NCBI RefSeq assembly: GCF_006345805.1
Contig: NC_043018.1
Coordinates: 15,004,001-15,068,000 of the forward strand
Direction: 5' to 3'
Source of the DNA: Octopus sinensis
Taxonomy: Eukaryota
DNA length: 64,000 nucleotides
The translations under genes were made by a program, and so were the position numbers. The notes below the pieces were generated by a model. It made no database searches, had not been told where the DNA came from, and was given only the letters and a program-made list of their open reading frames with translations. Positions 49,506 to 61,752 of the stretch are shown here, in pieces; position 1 is the first letter of the stretch; every line of letters starts with the position of its first letter.

Positions 49506-50814
49506 TTAGGTTGGCAACTAAGTTACCGCCGTTTTTTTAAATTAAAAATGTTTAAAAGCTTTAATAAAAAAATAACAACTAATTAATCAATATAAAATAT
49601 TCACCCTTGTTGTTTACAACTTCTTCGCAACGTTCAACAAAATTTCCAATACCTCGTTCGTAGAAATCACCCGATTTTGGCACGAAAAATTGATCTAACC
49701 AAGCTCTCAATTCTACATCAGTATTGAACGAAACTTCGCGCATAACATTTGAAAGAGATCGAAAGAGGTGGAAATCTGTTGGTGCCAAATCAAGAGAGTA
49801 TGGCGGGAGTGGCAGCACTTCCCAGCTATGCGTTTGAATGGCTTCCTTGGTCATATTGGCGAAGAGGGCGGACGTTGTCGTGCAGCAGAAGAACTCCATA
49901 CTGACGATTAGGTCTTTTCTCTTGAATAGCCGTGTTGAGTCGTTCCATATGTTGAACATAGAGAACCACGTTGACCGTTTGGTTCCGTTCAAGCAATTCA
50001 TAATAAATAATCCCTTCGCAGTCCCACCATACGCACAACATCGTTTCATGCAAATGAAGATCTCGCTTGAAGCGCGGTGTCGCTTGTTTACCGGAGCTAA
50101 GACATTCCTTACGCTGGTTCATATTAATGTACAGGCACCATTTTTCGTCGCCAGTAACGATTCAGTAAAGAAATCGTTGCTTGTGTCCATGAGTTGAGCG
50201 ATGACGAGCAAGCAATCCAGCGGAGATTGTGACTCGTTGAGTTTTGTTGTCACTTAAAGCATACGGAACCCAGGCTCCATACTTCCGAACCTTTCCCATC
50301 GAGTGAAGATGCTTCTCTATAGCAGTGCGGGAGCATTCCATTTTCTCTGCCAGTTCCCTTGTCGATTGACGAGAATTTTCGTGCAAAAGTTGGTTTAATC
50401 GCTCTTCATCGAACTCAACTGGACGGTCGGAACGAGGTGCGTCTTTGAGGTCAAAATTTCCACTTTTGAACTTGGCATACCAATCATGAGCAGTTCTTTC
50501 AGTTCTGGCACCCTTTCCATACACAGCACAAATGTCACAAGCAGCTTTTGCGGCCTTAGAACCCTGATTAAATGCAAAAAGAAGGACGTATCGAAAATGC
50601 TCGTTTTTCTTAACTTATCATTCCATTATAATGATCTGAAAATAAACAAAAATTAACTAAAGTTAACTAGAAAAAAACAACAAGAAACAAACAAACAAAA
50701 TGGATTCCAAAATGATTCAAAAATAGAATTCTCGTAAACAATAGATTCCAAAATTTAAAAACGCAATAAATTCCAAAATTAAAAAAAACGACGGGAGATT
50801 AGCTGCCAACACAA
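49506..50814 (-). mobile_element. Full-length (1309 bp) inactive mariner, D,D34D, mellifera-type TIRs
   Basis: TIRs ttaggttggcaactaag / ttagctgccaacacaa+TA. Transposase runs 50626 to 49579 with GAWVPYAL, IVTGDEKW, LLLHDNVRP and PPYSLDLAPTDFHLFRSL, broken by 3 nonsense codons and 1 frameshift. Confidence 0.95.
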
Positions 50815-52210
50815 TACATGTCTATATAAATATGCATGTCTATGTATCTAGCACGTCTTTGCAGATATAACTGTCTATATAGACAATCATGCTTATACTG
50901 ACACACATGCCTATATTAAAAATTCATGCGCATATAGATATATATGCTGATATTTGATTTAGTTTTCCACATCAATTCAGTGAAATGTTCTCCTTTCTGT
51001 CTAACACTCTTCCTGTTTCACACGACAACGTCTAATTTTCTACCCGAATATAAAGTAATTCTCATTTAATAATCTGCGGCTAATGTCCGCTCCTCACTCA
51101 ACTGTTATAAATCTTCATGAATTATATAACGGACTTGAAGACATTTCATTAAAATTATTATGGCATTCTCTTCATTCTTATTTTATCAATATTTCAATTA
51201 CTATCTTGTAAGATGGATTTCTTGTATTTTATATTCTGGGGCAATTTTTTTGTTACCCGTTCTGGTTAAAAAAAAACACAAACACCTACGTGATTCTGAC
51301 TACGCCTAAGTTTAACGAGAGCCAATTAGGTGTAAATCACTATCTTTTATTGGCCAGGTTTGTATTTTCTCCCTATGAAATTAATTCAGAGCACGACCCA
51401 ATGTATATTTTGCATTCTCATTTTGCAGTGATTTTTCGGGCCGAAGAAGAAGATATACAATTACAGACTGGAATGTTAAAACCTTTCGAATCTTGTGTTT
51501 TCTAGGCCACACAGATACATTATCTACAGAGTACCACAAAGTAATTTATGGATTAAGCCGCACAACAATGGAACGAAGAAATTTTGTGGATGTAAGGATT
51601 TAGTTTTGTATAATGGCCCTCTGGGTTACTGGGTTGCTATTCAACTTGGATGTCGGACTCTTGACCAAATAAAGAGTGATGTGCATATACTACATACATA
51701 CACACATACATAACATATATAGTGGCTGCCTTCCCATATACGAGCAAAGCCATTGCTAGAAAGATTCATTGAAATGAGTGATTGATGATGCAATATGAGG
51801 CCCTTTTATGACTCTTGTGCTCCGCCAAGGATTTGCACATTTTATTACATAATGCACAATTGTGCTGGTTGGCAGAAGAGACCGGTGCTACAGTATGAAG
51901 TCTTTTGATTTGCCTTTTTAAGCCTCCAACTGAACGGCACATCTTTCACAGGTTGCGCATGTTCTATTGTGAACAATAGATATCTCACAATTTACAAGGG
52001 TTCAATTCCTGTGGTTTCTTTGATGGTTGACTAGGCCTGCATGACTCAAGTATTTCCTCCTACAAATCACATATACATACACATGTATGTATGTATGTCA
52101 TTGTTCATTTTTATTTCAAGATTTCTTACCAATAGGGAAAGAGCCGGTTTCTAACCTAGATTCAAGGCTCCTTCATGGGAATTTTAACATCATCAACAGG
52201 TATTTTTGTT

Positions 52211-52242
<32 letters not shown>

Positions 52243-52829
52243 TGTATGTATGTATGTATGTATGTATGTATGTATGCATGTATGTATGTATGTATGTATG
52301 TTTATGTGCAGATTTGTATGTTTTGCTTTATATATGTATTCTCATGCATATAGTTGCAGATCTAGACATGCTTGTAGATATTTAAATGATAAACTTCTGG
52401 AAAGTTTTACAGATTTTTACTGTTCCAGTAATGGATTGGATCTGTAGCCTTCGAATTAGTTTTTTTCCATTTTAATTTTGAGAAGCCTAATTTCTCAAGA
52501 TTGTATTTAGGCATGTATGTATGTAGGTATGTATGTACGTATGTACCATGTATGTATGTATGTATGTATGTATGTATGTACGTATGTCTCGAAATCCTGG
52601 TCCCGGCTGCACAAGCGTCGGACATCGAGTCCGACGTATGAGTGTTCCACTTTTTGCCGAACGACCTGCACAAAGGATTTGTTTATAGTGACCAAATGTT
52701 CGTGTCGCACATTAGCCAACTCTCTCCATCAAATCCACGTTGTCTGAACAGGTGCAAGGTTTACCAACCGTCAGATGTCGAAATGGTCGCAGAAATGATT
52801 TGCAGAAAGTTATCGAGAATCTTGAAATA

Positions 52830-53220
52830 AGAAAATGGAAGGTGAGGGAAATAAGATGAAAGGTGTAGAGGCAATTTCATTAATTTCTACGGAATAAGTT
52901 GTGAGAGGAATGGTCAGCTGTTGTTATGGAGATGAATTGGTCCTTTTTTTCATTGGTCAATGCTGGATGTCAACTTTGCAGTACTTCTCTGCTGTGATGT
53001 TTCCGCCAAGGTTCAAGAAATAAAAGTGGATGGTTCCATTTACCGAACAATAGTCATAAGCTTCTTTTGACGCAGCTTCAGTTTGGCCAAGTGCTTTGGT
53101 GCTTCAGCGGGTTCCATTCCATAACGCTTGCTGTCTCATCCATTATCACGTAAAATCCACGGACATTCCATGTTTCAATGCGATTAGGAGGTGATTTCAG
53201 CTCATGAAGCACACATTTAT
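52830..53220 (-). pseudogene. Highly decayed Hsmar1-like mariner remnant
   Basis: Pieces EAPKHLAKLKLRQKKLMTIV and PALTNEKKGPIHLHNN resemble Hsmar1 EAPKHFPKPNLHQKKVMVTV and PALVNRKGPILLHDN. Confidence 0.65.
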
Positions 53221-54086
53221 CATTAGAGCCACTGAGCAATCGTCCAAACCTCCAAAAATAGCAGCTGAATCTCTCTCAGATCACACATCCTAATCATAAA
53301 ACAAAGAGGGACACGTGTGACAATGTAGTCTTTGATAGACAGGATGGTCACGGTTGTAAAGATGTTTTAATATTGGTGTGATCGATCAGACTTAACTCGA
53401 GGATAAACAACAACCAAAGTAGCTCCTACTCAGAAGATCGACCTGCTAAAAATAGCAATCAAATATCCCACAAAGCACATCAAATCTTACCGATTTGTGA
53501 ATGGAGAACGTAGTCTCTCACACACACAAAAACGGATAGAAGGCTTTCTTGGGATTCCACTGAAGCCAGAGTAGCATGCCAAATTTTCCTCAAACCACAC
53601 ATCAGCTTTTAAAATGGAGATCACCAGAAGCGAACACAAATGGCTATGTTAGATACGCTCTCTTTAACATAGCATGTTAGCACATGTATATACGCATAAT
53701 ATGGATTGTATGAAGATTAATGAAAACCTATGAATAATTGATGACGATTAAACGTAAACAAAAGAACAAATGATTGGCTGCAATATGTGTTTTGTTTCTT
53801 TCAACATATTTCATATTCCTTTTAAATATTCTTTCCTTCTTGAAATTCTAGCGACGTCTAAAAGACATTAGTCAGATGCCTACTGCCCGGCCCTCGAATA
53901 TGAGAAGAATTTCAGAAGAAAACATAAAAGCCAAGCTAAAGCTTCTACTCTGCATCCTACGTATCACCACACACACACACACACACACACACATACGATG
54001 TATATAAATATGAATCTATGCATGTATGTGTGTGTATGTTTGTACGTATGTATGCATACATACACACGTTTGTAAATATTTCTATG

Positions 54087-54260
54087 TTATATATATATAT
54101 ATAATATATATATATATAATATATATATATATACAAATACATATATATATATATACAATATATAATATATGATATATATATATATATATATAATATATAT
54201 ATATATTATATATATATATGATATATATATATTATATATATATATATATATGTGTATTTG

Positions 54261-54299
<39 letters not shown>

Positions 54300-54309
54300 A
54301 TTTGTATAT

Positions 54310-54342
<33 letters not shown>

Positions 54343-54400
54343 GTGTGTATTGATATATATATATATGTATGTATATATATATAATATAATATGTGTATGC

Positions 54401-54479
<79 letters not shown>

Positions 54480-54517
54480 CATATACATACATACATACAT
54501 ACATATATATATATATA
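54087..54517. repeat. Degenerate (TA)n/(TG)n tract
   Basis: Seen directly. Confidence 0.95.
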
Positions 54518-54563
54518 GTGGTGCTGTAGGGATTGGGATTGTTGTTGTTGTTGTTGCTTGTAA

Positions 54564-54595
<32 letters not shown>

Positions 54596-54988
54596 ATGGG
54601 GAACGTGTTTTTTACTTTCTTCTTTTATCCTTTTTTTCCCCCTATATTCTTGAAATATTGCTTCCTTCCTTAAACATTCTGCTGAAGTTTTAAAGACCTT
54701 TTTTATCGGAGACATTGATAAATACCTTCTGCCCCACCCCCCTCGAATACCTGAATAATTTCAGAAGGAAACATTATCACGAAGAAAGTTGAGCAAAGAA
54801 ACCTCCACCACCCGGCCACGTCTACCTTCCCCACCCGTCTACCTTCCTCTTCATTATCATCGTCCTTCCTCCGCCTCTTCCGCCTTCTTTCCTCATCATA
54901 ATCATCATCTTTATCACCACCACCACCACCACTACCGCCGCCGCCGCCACCGTTTGTCTGTCTGTCTGTCTCTGTCTGCCTGCCTGCC

Positions 54989-55029
<41 letters not shown>

Positions 55030-55040
55030 GTCTGACTGTG

Positions 55041-55079
<39 letters not shown>

Positions 55080-55154
55080 GTATCTATCTATCTAATCTAT
55101 CTATCTATGCACACACACGCACACACACGCACACACACGCACATACACGCACAC

Positions 55155-55208
<54 letters not shown>

Positions 55209-55212
55209 TATA

Positions 55213-55310
55213 CAGGGGTTGGACAAAATAATGGAAACACCTAGCATCATAGCATCATAGTTTTAAAATATCTGTAAAACTGTGAAAAGCTTGTTTATTT
55301 TTATGTTTTT
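55213..55310 (+). mobile_element. One terminus of a Tc1-like element
   Basis: TA|CAGGGGTTGGACAAAATAATGGAAACAC resembles a Tc1-type TIR. No partner end found. Confidence 0.55.
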
Positions 55311-55733
55311 TTTTTAAATTTATAAGTCCTGGGGTCGATTTGTTCGACTAAAGGCGGTGCTCCAGCAAGGCCGCATTGAAATGACTGAAACAGATAAAAG
55401 AATATATATATATATATTATATATATATATACTAATACATATATGGATAAGGTTAAATCTCCTTTCCGACTCATAAAGCTGTTTTTCTTGGATTCTGTGG
55501 CGTACATACCCACCTCCATCACTCCTGGATGGGTCGTCGGATCGTCGCAGGGTTTGTCATATTTGTCAGCTGAGTGGACTGGAGCAACGTGAAATGAAGT
55601 GTTTTGAATAACCCGATACATACCACCCGATACAGGAATCGAAACCACAATTCTACGATCACGAGTGCAACTCTCCTAACCACTAAGTCAGGCATTTCCA
55701 TTTGTGGATATGTGGATTTATAGATATATCTAT

Positions 55734-56176
55734 TACTCTTTTACTCTTTTACTTGTTTCAGTCATTTGACTGCGGCCATGCTGGAGCACCGCCTTTAATC
55801 GAGCAACTCGACCCCGGGACTTATTCTTTTGTAAGCCCAGTACTTATTCTATCGGTCTCTTTTGCCGAACCGCTAAGTAACGGGGACGTAAACACACCAG
55901 CATCGGTTGTCAAGCAATGCTAGGGGGACAAATACAGACACACAAACACAGCACGCATATATATATATATACATATATACGACGGGCTTCTTTCAGTTTC
56001 CGTCTACCAAATCCACTCACAAGGCTTTGATCGGCCCGAGGCTATAGAAGAAGACACTTGCCCAAGGTTGCCACGCAGTGGGCCTGAACCCGGGGACATA
56101 AACACACCAGCATCGGTTGTCAAGCAATGCTAGGGGGACAAATACAGACACACAAACACACACACGCATATATATA

Positions 56177-56229
<53 letters not shown>

Positions 56230-56401
56230 CATATATACGACGGGCTTCTTTCAGTTTCCGTCTACCAAATCCACTCACAAGGCTTTGGTCGACCCGAGGC
56301 TATAGTAGAAGACACTTGCCCAAGGTGCCACGCAGTGGGACTGAACCCGGAACCATGTGGTTGGTAAACAAGCTACTTACCACACAGCCACTCCTGCGCC
56401 T
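55734..56401 (-). mobile_element. SINE family A with a 210-bp internal tandem duplication
   Basis: Segment 55881-56090 repeats from 56091. Confidence 0.9.
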
Positions 56402-56545
56402 ATTACATATCGAAATACTCGTTTTTTATTTATTTAACGTCCGACCTTAAAGCTATCTCGCATGTTCCTCATTTTGGTTGAATATTATTTGTTCTTCTGT
56501 GTTTCACTTTATCTGTCAACCATCACCTTCAACACCATTACTCTG

Positions 56546-56603
<58 letters not shown>

Positions 56604-57352
56604 GTGTGTGTGTGTGTGTGTATGTGTGTGTGTGTGTACGTGTGTGTGTGCGTGTGTGTGCGAGTGTGTGTGTGTGTACGTGTGTGCGTGTGCAGACACA
56701 TCTTGGAAATAAAGAGATCGGAGAAGAACAAGATTCAATAAGCGAATTCTGAGTTTCTGTCACTGAGTGTTACTTATTCAACAGAGTTATTGTTCTTGTT
56801 GCCATGACATTCTGTTATGATATAACAAAGTTATACAACAGAATCTCACCCCCCACCACCACCTCCTTCCATTTCTCAACCCATTCCATCTCTTCCCTGC
56901 CGCCAAAACAAGAAATAAGATATTTACGTGCATGCAGATGTTCTTTATGAACTCGAAAACTAAACAGCTTGCCTTAAAATAGCAGACTGCTCATAGAATG
57001 GTAGGGTGAAGGCACAGATGAGGGGTTGCTGGGGGAGTAAAGAGGTGTGCATAGACGCGAATGCTGTACTGGGACTTATCAAATTAGCCGCCCACCCATG
57101 TCTCAGAGACAGAAAATGGAATTCATAATTTTCCTTTTTCAAATCACGTGTGTATATATATATATATATATAAGCAAGGCAGCCAGTTCTAAAATCTCTA
57201 TGAGAGATGCAATAATTAGTAACTATACGGCGAAACAATGCTTGTTGCCGCCTCAACATGGCTGTCCCGAACGGAACGATGTTAGTAGTAGAAAATGGTA
57301 GTAGCGTCGTTCCGCACAGAACAGCCATGTTGAAGTCGTAACAAACATTACC

Positions 57353-57413
<61 letters not shown>

Positions 57414-57464
57414 GTACTTGTTTCAGTCATTTGACTGCGGCCATGCTGGAGCACCGCCTTTTAG

Positions 57465-57622
57465 AGTGGTGAAAGGGTACAGCAGGGATCACCACCATCC
57501 CCTGCCGGAGCCTCGTGGAGCTTTTAGGTGTTTTCGCTCAATAAACACACACAACGCCCGGTCTGGGAATCGAAACCGCGATCCTCCGACCGCAAGTCCG
57601 CTGCCCTAACCACTGGGCCATT
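57465..57622 (-). mobile_element. SINE family B 5' part
   Basis: A and B boxes plus gagctccacgaggctccggcagggg body. Confidence 0.8.
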
Positions 57623-57702
57623 AGGTGGAAAGGTGGAAAAAAGAGTACTAAAATACCAGAGGTAGAGTAATATGCTTTTATTTAAAAGCAGCAGAAATAT
57701 AA

Positions 57703-57744
57703 CAAAAGCTGTTACTCGGAGTTTCTCGTTCCGTTCGTCGGACA
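57703..57744 (-). ncRNA. H1 hammerhead motif inside the 58-bp-arm palindrome 57675-57804
   Basis: TGT | CCGACGA | ACG-GAA-CGA | GAAA | CTC-C-GAG | TA | ACAG-C-TTTTG. The plus-strand arm (57747-57776) holds only the 3' half. Confidence 0.55.
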
Positions 57745-57898
57745 CAGGAACGTGAAACTCCGAGTAACAGCTTTTGTTATATTTCTGCTGCTTTTAAATA
57801 AAAGTATATATTATATATATATATATATATGACCGCGTGTGTAACGTTGGCGATTTTTTTCCCTCTGTCTTCCCTTCTCTGGATCTTTCTTCTCCTAT

Positions 57899-57933
57899 GT
57901 TTCCGACGAAGAGCTCCGCTCGAAACGTTAAAC
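57899..57933 (+). ncRNA. Minimal type I hammerhead motif (family H7) in a ~200-bp element at 57830-58030
   Basis: GTTT | CCGACGA | A | GAGC-TCC-GCTC | GAAA | C-G | TT | AAAC. 4-bp stems I and II, ACGT palindrome as stem III. Confidence 0.6.
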
Positions 57934-58026
57934 CTCCTTCTTTCCTTCTTTCCTGAGTGTCCAATAATACTATATTTGTTCCACGTCCTCGCGTTGTTGT
58001 GTTTTTTTGTGCTTTCTTGTTTGGAT

Positions 58027-58098
<72 letters not shown>

Positions 58099-58099
58099 G

Positions 58100-58181
<82 letters not shown>

Positions 58182-59450
58182 TATATATCAGAGGAGACTC
58201 CAGGTCATCAGCGTCACTCGTGTCATAACAGATATCGCGTAAGACCCATGTATAAAAGAAGGTAAGAAACGTAATGCACACCGCAAACTCACATATGTAC
58301 GGATAATTTATCAGTAAGCTAGTTTGCTGCTTCTAACGAAAGAATGCCTCACGTTTCTTTGCTATATTTTTAGCCCCAAATGGCTTATTTTTTTTTTATA
58401 TCTAGCAACTTATGTCTTTCTCTATTTCTAAGTCAAGAGTAAAAATAAGGCAACCATGTAAGATACAACTGATCTTCGCACAGAGACGCACAGAATAACA
58501 AAAAATAATGAAAACCGAGTACACATCAAGCATCACCGATCTGACTGTCGCCTGTACTCTTCACAGGAGATGTCAGTTAGTCCTTTACACCTTACTAGAC
58601 TCGATCGTATTAACCTTGACTTACTATTATATAACAGCAACCAAATAATAAACGTAGAATGCACAACAAACGTCACCGATTTGACTGTCGGCTGTACTCT
58701 TGGCAAGTGATGTCAGTGAGTCCTTTTAAACCCACCCGGTTCGTTCGTAATTAGCCCGAGTTGCTAGATAACGTTCCGTTCCTTGAAGAATATTGTAGAA
58801 CGGAAACTTTTCTTGAATTGGAACTTAAATCCTAATGTCTATAGAAATTTATTGAGGATCTTTTCACTTTGACCGGCAGATTTTAAAAATAATTTCTTTT
58901 GTAACTAAACACTTTTAAACTAAAGTGCAGCGAATGTGTTACATAAAACATCTTTTTCTCTTGGCGTTCTTGAGAAAATTATGTAGTTTGTAAGTTATTT
59001 CTTGTTTAATTTCTTGTATTTCGGTAATTTCAACCAATCAATGACGTCTATTGAGGTGAATACAATTACTGCTGTTGCTTGCCAGCAAGTTCAACAACAA
59101 CTTCCGGCGGTGTCTATTTCGAGATCGATACTAGAGTCATAGTTATGGGTGGACACTAAATGAGGGAACGGTTTTGTTATCCAGCTCTGTTTATGAGTGA
59201 CCCCTCAGTTTATGGCCACAAAATGTTTATATTTAGGTATGTTTGCTCGCGCGCGCGGGTGTATAATGGAAATGGGATGGTAATGTTCAACGCTGAAAAC
59301 GTGTAAGTATATGTGTGTACGTGTGTGCATGTACAAGAGAACTATGTGAAACTTTACATATACATATAAAGTAAAGATGTGACCTCGTGTGTACCGTTGC
59401 CGATTTTTTTTCCCTCTGTCTTCCCTTCTCTGGATCTTTCCTTCTCCTAT

Positions 59451-59485
59451 GTTTCCGACGAAGAGCTCCGCTCGAAACGTTAAAC
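59451..59485 (+). ncRNA. Second H7 hammerhead motif in element 59388-59580
   Basis: The 35-nt motif is identical to 57899-57933, while the flanks differ at several positions. Confidence 0.6.
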
Positions 59486-60112
59486 CCTCCTTCTTTCCTT
59501 CTTTCCTTAGCGTCCAATAATACTATATTTGTTCCACGTCCTCGCGTTGTGTTTTTTGTGCTTTCTTGTTTGGATTAACTTTATATATATATATATATAT
59601 ATATAAAATAATCCAGAATCCTTGCCCGGTACCGGATCGATCCCGAAATCTAATCACTTTGTGCCAGTCACGAGGCGAAACATCCCTGAAAGTTTCATTC
59701 GCATCCATCCAGCGGATCCTGAGATATCTTGTCCTCAGTCAAACAAACAAACAAACACAACTGAAAACTAGAAGCATTATTAAATGCTTGAGATAATTCT
59801 ATTTAAATATATTTGTTAACGTAAGGTTAATATAAATCTCGTTATTGTTTTTACACGTTTTATTTTGGTTTTCAGTCTAATATAGAACTATCAACATCAT
59901 ACCTCCGGGATGTCTTTTACTTTCATTTTCAGATATTTTTGCTTCTACTTTATCCAATCTTGTGATTAATTCGTTTAGTCATTAAATAAATCAATACCTC
60001 AGCTCAAAATCTGAACTTAAAAGTTATTAAAATCTAAATATCTGAGATGAGTTAATAAGATTTTCATTCTTCGCTCTATTAATTTTATCTCTCTCTCTCT
60101 CTCCCTTTCTCT

Positions 60113-60157
<45 letters not shown>

Positions 60158-60465
60158 CGAAGCATTTCTAGAATTTTCAATTGTATGGAGTCGATGAATT
60201 ATCGGAATCCTTAGAGCTATTAATAAAGTAGCTTGCGGCATTAGCTACGGTTCTTTAAGTTCCGAGTTTAGATCTCAAAACAACTCCGTCCATCAAACTT
60301 CTCGGCGGGGGTGGGTGAGGGGCGTCGATAAAGTATTAGTCATGTACGAAGGCAAATTTTATTCATTTGTTATATATATTTATATTTGGTTTTCCTCTTT
60401 CACTATGTAAATGTTTGTATAGATCGCTAGCCACAAACCCCTTTTTTATTTTCTCTCCCCGTGTT

Positions 60466-60503
60466 CCTTTCTGTCGAAGAGCGTAGGCTCGAAACGTTAA
60501 AGG
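60466..60503 (+). ncRNA. Minimal hammerhead-like motif with variant core (family H8)
   Basis: CCTTT | CTGTCGA | A | GAGC-GTAG-GCTC | GAAA | C-G | TT | AAAGG. Perfect 5-bp stem I and 4-bp stem II, but A6 is replaced by U. Confidence 0.5.
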
Positions 60504-60601
60504 CTCTCTCACTTCCCGAGCGTTAAACTAATACGTTTGTTTGTTGTTTACGCACCCGTCTTCGTCTTTTGTTTTTTTGTAATTCCCACTATATATATAT
60601 A

Positions 60602-60668
<67 letters not shown>

Positions 60669-60813
60669 ACACACACACACACACATACACACATACATAG
60701 GTACGTATATAGGTATATACATCATATACACTTACATATATACACAGGTACATACTTGCCATATGTTTCTTCGCTTAAAGTACATACAACAAATGTCGAA
60801 CAGATACGAATCA

Positions 60814-60881
60814 AACTTCCGGTTGATTTAAATTTCCGGTTGATTTGAACTTCCGGTTGATTTAAATTTCCGATTAATTTA
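60814..60881. repeat. Four 17-bp units (AAYTTCCGGTTGATTTR) with 34-bp dimer periodicity
   Basis: Seen directly. Confidence 0.9.
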
Positions 60882-61712
60882 GAACCATTTAAAATGGTTC
60901 GGGAAATAGGAACAACTGGAATTGAATATGTAGTATTTACATAAACAAAACCACATATATACACACACACAGGTTACGTATATATATGTGTGTGTATGTA
61001 TCTGCGTATGTATATGTGTTTGTGTGTGTATATATATGCATACGTGTGTATCTATATGTGTATGTGTGAATGTGCGTGTGTGTGCGTGTGTGTATATGCA
61101 TGTGTATATAAGCATGTGTCTCTATTTAAAAAAATACTTAATTACTGTCGTTCAATTACGGCATTTGCGCAAATTAAAAATAAATCTCATTCTTTTTAAC
61201 GCCATATGCACACATACACAGATGCGCATACTAGCACATACACACACACAAACATATATGATACACGCACATATGTATATATGTATATGACACATACATA
61301 CATACGCATTCATATACATACATACACACTTATACAATAACAGGCGCACCATTCAGTTTTACTCCTTGATTAATCACGTGACATGCAGAACTCGGTGAGT
61401 TTCATTAATGGAACCCGATTAAAATATATTCAATCTTTTTTGATACCAGAATTAATTTTGTTAAACTCTCTAACTGTAACATTTTTATTTTCGCTGCTCG
61501 TGACACTTTCAATTACGGTTTCTCAAATCTGTTCAAAAGAGGTAGAATTATAAATCTTCAACTTTTCCTTTCTCATATTCTTTAACGTCAAAGATATGAC
61601 AGACTGATTTATTTATCATTTTCAAAGTTTGAAGATTTAACGGAACAGGTACCGAAGAATTTTCTTGTCTCTAAGAACTTTTGGTCATAATTTTCAAAGT
61701 AATATTCGTGAG

Positions 61713-61752
<40 letters not shown>

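Noticed and set aside
50162-50620. In-frame TGA codons in the mariner ORF as possible selenocysteine recoding
   Set aside because: They are accompanied by a TAA and a frameshift and fall at positions expected to be Arg or Cys, which fits ordinary decay.
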